From positions 210,003 to 274,002 of the forward strand of contig RHPI01000773.1 in assembly GCA_009103225.1 (NCBI GenBank): a stretch of 64,000 bases of DNA, written 5' to 3'. The position numbers and the translations under genes are program-made. This DNA comes from Chlorokybus atmophyticus (taxonomy: Eukaryota; Plantae; Mesostigma and Chlorokybus algae). This document shows, piece by piece, positions 25,054 to 37,003 of this stretch (positions within the stretch are counted from its first letter, which is position 1; every line of letters starts with the position of its first letter). The notes beneath the pieces were generated by a model, which had not been told where the DNA came from, searched no databases, and was given only the letters and a program-made list of their open reading frames with translations.

Positions 25054-26877
25054 ATGCCCCGTGGTCCATCCGTAAGTGCACCTCGTCGTGGCGGTCGGCG
25101 CCAGTTGTCTGCATTGCCCCCAGTGTTCAACCAGGCAACCGTCGCCAACCAATCGCAGCAAGACCCCGCGCTAACGCCCAGCACATCACAACAACTGCAC
25201 CTGACACTGTAGTCGCAAGGGCAAGCTAGACTGCATGCGTTCTTGATGCACTGTGCACGATGCTTCTTGCTCAACTGTTAACTTGGATGCTTGCTTCTTT
25301 CATGACTAGCACAGCGACTCACTGCATGCGTTCTGGATACACTGTGCACGTTGTTCTTCTTTTGCAACTGTGAGGGTTGCATTTTTCATGGCTGGCAGCA
25401 TGACTCATGTGGTTGTGCTTGCAGAGGGTCGATCGGAACCCCCAACCCAAACGCATTTGGCCGTGACGTGGCAACCTCGGACGTCAGCAACCCTTCCCCA
25501 AGCAAGTGGAAGATTGGCAACGAGGTAAGCACTGTGTGACACTGTGACACTGTGTGTATGTGTGTAACGGATTGTTGTTCTGTGGACAGCATTCGCGAGA
25601 TGCCGTCGTTCAAATCATAAACGGCCACTGGGTAGAGAGCCACGTTTATCCCAAGGAGGACACTATTTGTAACGTCATGTGTCAGGTGCTGTGAATGCTT
25701 CATGCCGCACTGCACCGTGACACTGACCAACCTGCCCGTGACAGGTAGTTGGCTTCGACCATGACGACGAGGCCGATGCGGCCAAATTCTATAAGGTGTA
25801 CTGGACTCCCAAGAAGTGCCCTTCCACAGGAGTGTCACCTTGAAGAAAGCTACGCAGGTCTGGTCTGAAAACGTCACCAAGATCAAGCATGTCCTTGAGA
25901 AGGAGTACAAGTAGACACTGTTTAATAGCAACAAGCGCAAGTGAGTTGGGTCCCTCACCACCATGTCTGCTATACAATACTGCCTTCTTACTCAGCCTCC
26001 ATACACACGTACTCATCTCGCCTATTGTAACCGATTCAATCAGGCACATCGACGCCCTAATGGACCCCGAGACCCAAAAAGCCTAGATGCGCAACGCGCT
26101 CCAAAGTAAGTCACAGGCACTATTCTAGCCTGGTGCAGGCTCAACTTGAACTATCTATTTCGTGACTAATGCTTTGTCGGTATGACTGTCGCAGACAAAT
26201 CATGGCGAAGATTTGAGGTGACCGACACTGCAGACCCGGAGCGGAGGAGATGCATCTATGAATGGGGCAATCCCATAACTTGGCAAATGATCGTCAATGC
26301 TGGTCTTACGCCGTCACTACACCTGGTCGTCGGCAGCTGACAATCAACCACCTCGCATACCTGTTGCTTACGGTGAGCACTCTAAACTCCATCATTAGCA
26401 ATTCAGGAATGCTAAGCCCCAAACTACAGGCTTGCAGACGCGTTGCAGTGAATAGTGGCTTTCGATGCCGCGAAGACATGCCTGTAAACTACGCAGGTGG
26501 AGCGCATCCTAAAGGGCAAGGATGGAGACCCTCTCCTAGCTCTCAGCATAGACACACATGAAGAGTACCTCAGCGAAATCAACACCATATTCATGTCAAT
26601 GAAGCGGGAGATGAGGCAACGGTACGCAGCCCTCCAGCCATTCACCCTTGTGAAACGCCGCACTGCATCTTGTGTCGAATACCTGAAAGATCCCAATCGG
26701 CGCCGGCCGCAAGAGACAGCAGCTCGTGACCCGCTTGCTGAGACAGAAGCGGCATTTGATTGGCTGGCACAACCGTTTGAGGAGGAAGAGCAAGCTCCAG
26801 CGTCTCCTCCACAGGCCCCAGCGCGTGGTGCTTTGTTCCGTAATGACGAGCAAAGCGATGATGAAGAGGAGCTGTAG
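25054..26877 (+). pseudogene. Multi-exon orphan gene, disrupted
   Basis: MPRGPS... start; exons SRDAVVQIINGHWVESHVYPKEDT|VVGFDHDDEADAAKFYKVYWTPK...; last exon VERILKGKDG...SDDEEEL*. In-frame TAGs (e.g. 26084-86) and frameshifts. Confidence 0.55.
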
Positions 26878-27258
26878 CGCAGTTGGTAGTCCGTTTAGCT
26901 GATAGTGTACATAGCTACAAGGCTCTTGTAACTGAGTGTTGTGCATCTTAAACCAGCTCAGTCAATCGTCATTATGCTCATGCATATCAATGCTTGCATC
27001 CCTATGATATACAACAGAATTGCATTCAAGTCACATAATCGAACTACAAGCCTTGGCTGGTGACAGAGAGACACTGTACACATTTCAGGTACATGTACAC
27101 AGCACAGGCACATAACAATGCTAGCAATCAGTGACAGTCGCGTGTAGTCAAGCTATGGAAATACATATGACAACAGTTAGGCATTAGTCACCTTCAGCTG
27201 TTAAAGAATGCCTTATTTTGTCGATAATTACCTAATTGGTGCTTGTAAATTAGGCTAA

Positions 27259-27480
27259 GTCGCCTGCGCTGGACTAATGTGTAACCTGCAGGTGCCTATC
27301 ACATAGGCTGAGTCACTTAAGTAAGACTGATGTATAATTTGCAAGTGCCTGCTAATCAGGTGTAGTCACCTGTTAAGGCCTAATGTGTAACTTACAGGTG
27401 CCTGTAATTTATATGAAGTCACTTGTTAAGGCCTGATGTGTAACTAACAGGCGCCTGTTAGTTAGGTATAGTCAACTGTC
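27259..27480. repeat. 53-bp tandem array, ~4.2 copies (subterminal-like)
   Basis: Units start at 27259, 27312, 27365, 27418 and 27471 (GTCACCTGTTAAGGCCTAATGTGTAACTTACAGGTGCCTG...). Confidence 0.85.
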
Positions 27481-27581
27481 AAAGATTAAATTGTAATTAA
27501 AAGGGCCTGATAGTAACGAAAGTTACTATAAGGTCCCTGTATCAAGATTACAGGTGGACTGAGCCACGACAGTCTAGATTA

Positions 27582-29532
27582 GTGTCCTCAGGTGCACGGC
27601 CGTTGCCAATATTTAGTCGGCCGCCAGGGAAAACATATTGCGACGGAGCGCAAAATGTGGCGCTTCCTGGTTTCAGAGCCACATTTGCTCAACCAGGACA
27701 AGGTCACCGACATTTCGACAACCAAAAGATCAGCATGGCAGGCTTTGGGGACCCGCACCTGAATGCTGTCTTCTCTGATTGGATTGAAGAGGTCCACTCG
27801 CTGTGCGTCGTTGAGCCGATGACATACCCATCACTCGTCCGCGGGCTGCGGCAATTTGACGCTATGCATCAAGCGCGGGTGATGTATAGCAATCTGATAA
27901 TGATGGTGGAAGATTTGTATGAGGTGGCCAAGACATTGGCGGCTGCCAACGAGGACCGGTTGTGCGACTTGCGTACGATGTAATCCGCGTTGGCACGTAC
28001 GGTATTGCTCGATAAAGGACTCATCCATGCCTATTTTGCTCAGTTGCGGCGATGTACGCATCGCACTATCAGGTAACAGTTGCGCATTGGAACACTCTTG
28101 ATGCACAAGAATTGGTTATGCTGTCTTGGGTCAGCGGCTTTGCTGATTGCCAATGTGAATTGTAAACTGAGGTGTTGTGTGAACAACGGTAAACCGTCCC
28201 CGCTACTCTTTCCTGACTGGCGTACATCTGCAGAAGGAAGCTGTGCACAGCGCCCATGCGCGTTGCAAAAGTGGAGGGTGTTGAGAACATACGCGCACGC
28301 CACAAAGGGCATGCACCATCTACATCGTGCGCATCTAGGTTATGCTGACGCTGCGGATGATGCAATCACGTTTATGCGACTCCGTGATTTTTATTGATGG
28401 CAAAAAGATGTCACGGCACGCGCTGAGCGTGTATTAATGACCATTGGCAACTCTCTTCACAACTTTGGCAATATTTGTAAGATCTGCTGCCAGGACGTGC
28501 GAATGGTTGAGTTCCAGGCCTTGGTTGAAAGTGGTAGATGTGCGGCACGTCTGCCTCCACTTGTCTTCACTGGCTACGAGAGGAACCGCACCATAGAGCC
28601 AGAGCCATTGCCACATCAGGGTCAAATTCGATCGTGATGCTGTTTACCAACAGATGGAGCAGGTTCATGTTGATGCATCCAAAGTGATAGCAAATGCGCA
28701 TGCCGCCAACACACGCACAGCAAAACAAGAACCGTTGGTGGTGAAGCCTAAAGGGGCAACATCATCCATTGCCGAATGCAAGGGGTCCTTTGTTTTGCGC
28801 CTGGTGAAGGAGATCAGGGAACGCTTCATTTGTGTCCATTAGAAGCTGAGCACGATGCATCAATGGCGCCGGTTTGCTTTGCGTGTGCTGACTAGGGCCA
28901 ATCCTGAGTGTGTCGTCAGCAATAGTAGCTCTCCTTTGAAGGTGTTGGTGCAGCAGGGGGGGGGGCTGGAACTGCATTATACTATGCGGGTTGTAGACAC
29001 TCCAAGTGAGCCGAGTTTATTGCAAGTGGATTGCCATGAACCACCTGCATGCATTTCGTTGCGATCGCCAGCGGCAAACCGTTAACATCGCTGTCTTTGG
29101 GCAGTGGAACTGCAAATTGCCATTGCGCATCCTGAATGCTGATGTGTTGTTCATGGTGGCAAACCATTTGACTTGTCACGTCCGCAACCATGATTGCATG
29201 TGTTATGGAGGACGACGTCAACACTCCGGATGGATAAGGGTAAGGGCGAGTGGCCGCTGCCCGGGGTGACGCAGCCGCGCGACAGTGCGGGCCCATCCAC
29301 AACGGGCTTAGATCCTTCTGCGCCACTCTTCTGCAGCGGAAAGCCAAAGCTTCAGCCTTTTGCGCCACACAGTCTCCTCATTGCCGCATCGACCATCGAA
29401 ACAAAGCAAGAGGACAAGGCAGAGGTTAAGGTCAACTTCGAGCTAGAGCCAGAGGTTAAGATCAAGCTCAAGCCAAAGTCAGAGGTCAAGGTTAAGCAAA
29501 GGCCAAGGCGAGGAAGGCAGCTTGCGGGTTAA
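27582..29532 (+). pseudogene. Decayed orphan gene(s)
   Basis: Co-linear coding-like ORFs at 27582-27983, 28230-28637 (in-frame TGA 28395-97), 28654-28842 and 29006-29532. The 5' part is homologous to 5385-5460. Confidence 0.45.
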
Positions 29533-30779
29533 ATCGCAAGCTGCGACGCTTGTTAAAAGTTGACTTGCATAGTTGCACTGTTGAGAGCATATTATGGACA
29601 AGTTCGGTCAGCTTGAAATGGCCAAGTCCCTAATGTACTAGTGGTTATGGTATAAGGACTGATATCGAGCAGTTGTGAGTCCAGTGGCCGATATCTGTGC
29701 AACGCGGAGTGTGAGCAAGCCCGAAAACTTTAGACTTAGCTGAGTCTGGCGCAGGCTGGCGCAGCTCAGAGCTCCAGAAGGCTGGCAAGAACTCCTTATG
29801 TAGTTAGTCTTATAGCGCGTGGCATAGCTTATTGGAAAGCGTGTAAAGCTAGCTATGTGGTACAGCGCCACGCTTAGCTGAGTATAGCTTAAGTGGTGCT
29901 TACTAGAGTAAACGTGTGTAGAGACTGGCAGGGTACAAAAGCCTATGAACTCATAATATCTAAGCTCGTTGTGCGTGCTTATGCTCATGGTGTAGCATGC
30001 GTATGTGTATTGGTGTTTGCACCAGCTCCATGCATGTGTAGTAGTTTGTGAAAATCTCAACAACGCTCACTGAAAGCAACACCACCCGCTGCTGCAACCA
30101 ATATCGCGGCAGACGTGCAAGACTTGACGAGTGATGACAAAGGCCTTGGCCAAGGTATATCAGAGTTCAAACACGACAAATAGCACAGATCATTTCGCAC
30201 CATGATATGCAATTCATGCGACGATGGCGAGGGATATTTGGGACGTGACGATGACGGCCTCTCTTCAAAACCGACCCTTGAAGGCTACGATGTGGACGAG
30301 CAGCATGCGATCTAAGAGTCTCATAATGAACAGGTCAACACCGTGGTGGCCCAGCTCCTCATTAATTGCTTGCGGAGTAAGCCTAGAAGAGGCGAAGCAT
30401 CTCGTGTTGATCGATTTAGGCAAGAGGCATTACACCATTTCGCATTACCTTGGCATGCAATCGATGCCGGGACATCAGAGAGAGAGATTAGCATGTGTAA
30501 TGACTCACTTTTGCAGTTAAGCATGCCGATAATATTGCATGTACACACCATCAACCAAAGACACACCATCAACTAAAGGCCCAACATATTATTTCAATGT
30601 CGACTCATCGCCACACACTCCAACTACTAAGGTTGAACAGACAAGATGAAGCGCGATATCAGGCACATGTACAAAATATTCAGATAAATGGAATTTGTTT
30701 TTTATGCAATATTTACAAACTCAATACAATTCATATACATACACATATACGTATATATGCACCATGCACACGTGTATAT

Positions 30780-31340
30780 GTATCTGTATACACATATACA
30801 TATGCATAATATATAATATAATATATACACCTTCAATACCATTTGCATGCAAGCACTTACACACCATCACACTCTTGAGGTGAGGTGACAAGGTCACATG
30901 CAATATTATGCACATGTACTTGCACTGCTATATGTACATGTATATACATATACATATAAATAATATATACACCTAGAGTACCATTTGCATGCAAGCACAC
31001 TTCTACACCATCGCACTTTGGTTGAGGTGATAAGATCACATGCAAGACTATGCACATGTATTTGCACGTGTATATCTATATGTATATATGTACACATATG
31101 CATAATATATACACCTATAATGTCGTTTGCATGCAAACACACTTCCACACCATCACACTCTTGGGTTAAGGTGACAAGATCACTAGCAATACTATGCATG
31201 TACTTGAGACACAAATAACATAGATAAGTATATATGTATGCAGCATCAACCCTTACTACAATTAGGGTGCAAGCACACTTGCACACCTGCAACACTTGGG
31301 TTGAGGTGTCAAGATCACATGCCACATACTTATTGCCGAA
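30780..31340. repeat. AT-rich ~142-bp tandem repeat, ~4 diverged copies
   Basis: The anchor CATTTGCATGCAAGCAC...ACACCATC.CACT.TTG.G.TGAGGTG recurs at ~30840, 30982, 31124 and 31265. Confidence 0.8.
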
Positions 31341-31920
31341 ATACTTGAGATACATATAAAATAGCATCAGCCTTCAATTCAATTAAAGTTATCACAATTT
31401 ATACTTGCACATATGTTACTGTACATTGCAACGTTAATCACTTGGGTTAATACCCAATTGGAGGGACAAGATGACAAGCAAGATAACGCACATATACTTT
31501 GGTTACAATGAACATAGCAGAAACCTTTGTTACTAGGTATACTATGCATCACATTCACACACAACTTTTACAACTTTAATTAACACTCAAATGTGGTGAC
31601 AAGATGCATGCAAATTTCAATTGCATGCCAAAAAGCATGCCATTAACAACAATTGCATTCTCGTGATACTGTAAATAATGCACACGAGCTTGGGTACAAA
31701 CAATACAGCTTGAACCATAAATAAAGTATTTAAACTACAAGCACAATTACTCAACATTCAGCATGCGCAGTTTAGCTTAGGCTAATTAAACTGTTATGGT
31801 TTGTATGGTGTTTTGCAATACACAAAATAATGGAATTATATGGAATTGTTGTCATCATAGTGATTTGAGGGTTGTGCAGACTGAGCATTGCGAATGCAAA
31901 CGTGTACGCAATCAAACGCT

Positions 31921-31953
31921 TGAGCTACATAAAGCTTTGCTTTATGTAGCTCA
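31921..31953. repeat. Perfect 15-bp hairpin
   Basis: TGAGCTACATAAAGC-ttt-GCTTTATGTAGCTCA, extending imperfectly by ~12 bp. Confidence 0.9.
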
Positions 31954-32979
31954 GGCTTGTGATTGTATGTGACAATCTTCATGTCAAATTCATATGATTG
32001 GGAGGTGCCTAATTCTCATTGATCATGCCACTTACACATGTTAATTCTTTGTGAAATAGACCAATTGTATGTGCAACGGTGTTGTCTTTATTTGTACATG
32101 TATTCACATGCTTTTCGTCACTTCAAGTACCAACCCTGCATTGTATTTGCATACAAAATAGAATATAATAGAATATAATTGCCATATGTGTCATCCGACC
32201 ATTGTTGCCATGCACTGAGCTATCAATCTTAGTGTTGTGCATTAAGGCCGGACAAGCGGCTACCATAATGTTCAACATTGGGGAAGCTGGCCTGTTGGCT
32301 TAGCCAGAACCCAAGCGCCCTTTTGTGTGAACGCAGGCGTTGGCGGAGCGCACTGGATGCCCAGTTTCACAGAGCAAGCTGGAGTCTGAACAAGGTGTAC
32401 GTAGAAGCTTCATTGAGTTGCGCACTTTTGACTGGCCGACACATACGTACAGCCCGTGTGACACAGGCTCCTAGCGCAGGAGGGCGCGGCTGAGGCAGAC
32501 ATCTGGCGTGTGGCGCGCGCTGTCGGCGGCACTTTATCGCCCCTGCTACACATCGGACGGCCGAGATCTGCCGAATAGGCGCCTACGGCACACGCTAACC
32601 GCCGGCGGGCTGCATGCGGCGTGCGCCGGCTGCAGTTTGGAGTCCGGCAAAGGACGCCGGACTCCAAACTTAACCGGATGTCATTACTATTCACTCCGAC
32701 AGGGCTTTTGTTTCTTAGTTGCCTGTTGCCTTAGAGTGCTGAAACATGTTGGCCAGCATTTCTTCCGCTAGGAACTCGGTCACCTGGCTCTCATTACATT
32801 GGACCTCAGGCCCCACTAACCTAACCGCTGTTCCGCGATCGCTTATAATGCAGCTAAGTTTCAGATATTGCAGAAGTGTGCAGTTGCCGTAGTGCATTTC
32901 CGCCGACAAGCAGGACGTGGTCGCCGCCGCCGCCAGGAGGAGGTCGCCGTGGTGGTGTTTATTGTTGTGACCCGCAGCC

Positions 32980-34539
32980 ATGGGTGCCTCCGACTGGTTC
33001 AGCGCCACGGCCATGTTCATCCTCTTCAGGGAGACATTGGAGGCGGCGGTCATCCTCTCAGTGCTGCTGCAGTTCTTGAAGAAGACCAACTCTGAGCACT
33101 GCAAGAAGCATGTACGTGTGCTGCTGAGTAGTGAAGCGCATGCATTGTCTCACAAGTTCGTCCTTCTCTCTCCAGCATGCTCACAAGGCTGGCAATGCAG
33201 GTCTGGTGGGGTGCTGGTCTTGGTCTAGCAGTGGCCATTCTGGTTGGCGTCGTCTTCCTGATCATATACTACACCCTTGACAAGGAGGTCTTCTCAGGGA
33301 AAGGCGAGCAGGTGAGCACTTTGCTGTTTCGTCGCAATGTGTAACTTTTCTCGCGTGCTTGTCTCATGCCGGTGGACGTGACTGTGCTTTGGCAGATTTT
33401 CGAAGGAGTCGTCCTCACTATCGCCACCGTCATGATTACTGTGCTGGGTTTTGCAATGCTGAAGATGATGGCAATGCAAGCCAAGTTTGAGAGAAAGCTT
33501 GCGGTGAGCATTGTGTCTCTGATTGTTGTGACCAGTTTGCAAGTATGTGTATGAAGCTCAATGCAACTCTTGAACTTCATGCAGGCGATGGCTGAGAAGA
33601 ACCTTGCTGGCAAGCAAGGCAAGGCGATGTTCATAATCGCATTCACATCGGTGGTGCGCGAGGGTATAGAGGCGGTGCTGTTCTTGACCGGTGTGGGCGT
33701 GGACAATCCCAAGGCCATCCCCATCGCTGGGGTTGTCGGCATCATCCTCGGCATCATCGTCGGTTACATCCTCTTCTTCAGCCTAAAGTTCACCAATCTC
33801 AAGTGGTTCTTCTACATCTCCACCGCTATCCTTCTCATCATTGCTGCCGGCCTATTCCGCCAGGCCATCCACGAGTTCCAAGAGGTGAGCTAAGCCAAGC
33901 TGTATCAGACTGCCTCACTGCGCATCTCAATGACTGACTGACTGACTGACTGTTTGACTAACTCACGAAATTGATTGTGTTCAGGCTGGTGCTTTTGGCA
34001 AGTACTTTGAAAGTGAGGAGGAGGAGGAGGCGGATGAGGGAGAGAAGCCTGCAGATGGCGGCTCTCGAAGGATGAGGTTTATGAGGCGGTCTCTCCTGCA
34101 GTCTGAGGAAGAAGAGGCAGGAGAGGAGGAGGACGACAACTACAAGTGGTTCAACAAGCCGCTGTGGAATGCTTGCAGCTGCTGCGACGATGATGACAAG
34201 GGCTTCTGGGAGCTGCTCAAGGCCATAGTTGGCTGGACTTGCGATCCCACCTTCATGGAGCTGATAGCCTACATCAGCTACTGGATCGTTGTTGCATGCA
34301 TCTTCGCCTGGAAGCTGCACAAGGGCACGCTCACGCAGTACAGCGACGTTGCGGGCCTGCCCGTCACCCGCGCGGACGTGCCTGACGAGGATGCATGTGG
34401 TGACGCTGCCGGATACAAGACGAATGACAAGGATGAAGCCTCAACCAGGATTGACATGCCGTCCGTTGCTGTGTTGGCTGCTGAGTCGAGGCCAGTTGAG
34501 GCAAGGACTAGTACTATACCAACAGCTCCTGTAGCCTAA
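32980..34539 (+). CDS. FTR1: High-affinity iron permease, copy 1 (5 exons)
   Basis: Exons ~32980-33111, 33201-33311, 33396-33503, 33585-33884, 33985-34539. Two REXXE motifs (FRETLE, VREGIE) and multiple TM segments. Confidence 0.93.
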
Positions 34540-35511
34540 GATAGCTGCACATGTACATAATGTTGTAGAAGACTTAGCTTGGCGCTGTTTAACAAGCGCA
34601 TCCGATTTTGCCATTAGTAGCAACAGCTAACTTAGAGCTACCAGCTGCGCTGTCTATATGCTTGCTTGACACGCTGTAATCTACTGGACATGCCTGTAAT
34701 CACAAGCGTCTTGTTGCAGCTAGCTAGTCCTTGTGTACCTGGTCTGCACATTGTATTCGGAAACTTGCTGCTGGTACACAACCTTTTCTTCCCACATGCA
34801 TGGTCCTGCTCTGTATAGAACTCGTTACATGTGCATATCGCTGCTGGTCTCTGCATGATGGTGGCCGAAAAAGCATTGCTCCCCACCACTGCAGTGCAGC
34901 TGCTGCAGGTCCTTGAGAACTGCGTGTGACAGGCTCCTAGCGAAGGGGCCCTACGGTAGGGCGCGGACAGACCTGGCGTGTGCCGCGCGCACTTACTGAC
35001 CTGTTGGCGGCACTTTATCGCCTCCGTGGCGCATCTGACGGTCACGATCGGCCAGACATGCGAGTACGGCACGCGCTAACCGCCGGCAAGCTGCATGCGG
35101 CGTGCGCCTGCTGCATGCCGGACCTCGACGTTAACCGGTATTCCTTTATGAAGATAATGTTATCAGCTCCGACAAGGGCGTTAGCGACGCTAACTTAGCG
35201 TGCCTATTGCCCCGCAGTTTTGAACATGCACGACACCCGCGTTGCACCTCGAACTCTTCCGGTCAGAATAACCGTACTTGGTCAATATCCCAGTTTGTTC
35301 TCGCTACATTGGACCTCAGGCTTTATTAACCTAACCGCTGTTCCGCGGCTGCTTAAAAATGCTGCTAAGTCACGGATATTATGGTAGTGCGCATTGGCGA
35401 TAAAGCATTGCCGCCGCCTCCGCCAAGTAGGCCGCCCCCACCGCCGGCATCAAGAGGAGGTTGACGCTGTCCTCGTCGTGGTTCTGGTGGTTGCGGCTGT
35501 GACCTGCAGCC

Positions 35512-37003
35512 ATGGGTGCTTCTGACTGGTTCAGCGTCACGGCCATGTTCATCCTGTTCAGGGAGACACTGGAGGGGGCGGTCATCCTGTCAGTGCTGCT
35601 GCAGTTCCTGAAAAAGACCAACACTGAGCGCTGTAAAAAGCATGTGCGTATGCAGCGCAGCACATGCGTTGTCTTGACATACCAGTTCAACTTTCTTGTC
35701 TCAATAGCATGTTGACATGGTTGGCAATGCAGGTCTGGTGGGGTGCCGGTCTTGGTCTAGCAGTGGCCATTCTCTTCGGCATCATCTTCCTCATCATATA
35801 CCACACCCTTGACAAGCAAGTATTCAACGGAAGAGGCCAGCAGGTGAGCACTGCGCTGTTCTGTCAATCAAAGTTCAGCTTGCACGCTTGTCTCACGCTG
35901 ATGCATAACGTGGTATGGCAGATCTTTGAAGGAACTATCTGCGTTATCGCCACCGTCATGATCACTGTGCTGGCTTTTGGCATGCTGAAGATGATGGCTA
36001 TCCAAGCCAAATATGAGCGCAAGCTTGCGGTGAGCACATTTTCTCTGCTCGTCGTGACAGGTTTGCAAGCATATTCAAGCAAAAACGATGCACAACTTAC
36101 CACTCAACCAAACATAGGCGCTGGCTGAGACGAACATTGCTGGCAAGCAAGGCAAGGCAATGTTCGTGATCGCATTCACATCGGTGGTACGTGAGGGTAT
36201 AGAGGCGGTGCTGTTCATGACCGGCGTGGGTGTAGACAACGCCAAGGCTGTCCCCATTGCCGGGGTCGTCGGCATCATCCTCGGCATCATTGTCGGCTAT
36301 GTCCTCTTCTTCGGCCTGAAGTACACTAACCTCAAGTGGTTCTTCTACATCTCCACTGCTGTCCTTCTCATCATCGCTGCCGGCCTATTCCGCAATGCCA
36401 TCCACGAGTACCAAGAGGTGAACTAAACCATCTGAGGTGTTGACTTGAACGGATCAGTGCACTGATTGATTGGACTGATTGACTCATCGAGTAAACCTTG
36501 TCCAGGCTGGTGCTTTCGGAAAGCCATATGTGGACGATACGGCAGAGACAGGCGGCACTCGAAGGTTGCTTCAGTCTGACGAGGCAGGAGAGGTGGAGGA
36601 GCACTACAAATGGTACAACAAGCCGCTGTGGAACACTTGTGGGTGCTGCTCGGACGATGACAAGGGCTTCTTCGAGTTGCTCAAGGCTATCGCTGGCTGG
36701 ACATGCAAGCCCACGTTCATGGAGCTGATAGCCTACGTCGGCTACTGGATCGTTGTCGCTGGCATCTTTGCATGGAAATGGCATAAGGGCACTCTCACCG
36801 AGTACAGTGATGTCGCGGGCCTGCCCGTCACCCGTGCGGACGTGCCTGCTGATGGTGGTGACGCCGACCTCGATGCCGTCAAGGTGAATGACAAGGAGGA
36901 AGCTGCAGCCAGGCATGACATGCCGACAATCGCTGTGTTGGCTGCCGAGTCAAGGCCAATCGAGGCAAGGACTAGTACTATCCCAACCGCTCCTGTAGCC
37001 TAA
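35512..37003 (+). CDS. FTR1: High-affinity iron permease, copy 2 (tandem paralog)
   Basis: Same exon structure and motifs (FRETLE, VREGIE); ends ...TIPTAPVA*. Confidence 0.93.

Noticed and set aside
10685-28397. Alternative genetic code (TAA/TAG = Gln, as in some ulvophytes) explaining the read-through stops
   Set aside because: The host exons I reconstructed (PGK, FTR1, CSC1, EF-ERV) contain no in-frame TAR and many CAR codons. The cargo also has in-frame TGA and frameshifts, so decay is the simpler explanation.
30330-30345. GTCAACACCGTG as the right TIR matching 13431
   Set aside because: Only 7 bp match, the flank is GTG rather than TTA, and there are no subterminal repeats
10129-30600. 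Endogenous giant virus or Polinton-like virus as the source of the cargo block
   Set aside because: No capsid, packaging ATPase, PolB or primase-helicase recognised; genes are intron-rich and centred on a Plavaka transposase. A viral origin of the MTase alone remains possible.
32876-37003. FTR1, CSC1, PGK and EF-ERV as a functional cluster
   Set aside because: Unrelated eukaryotic genes with no shared regulatory evidence; ordinary neighbourhood
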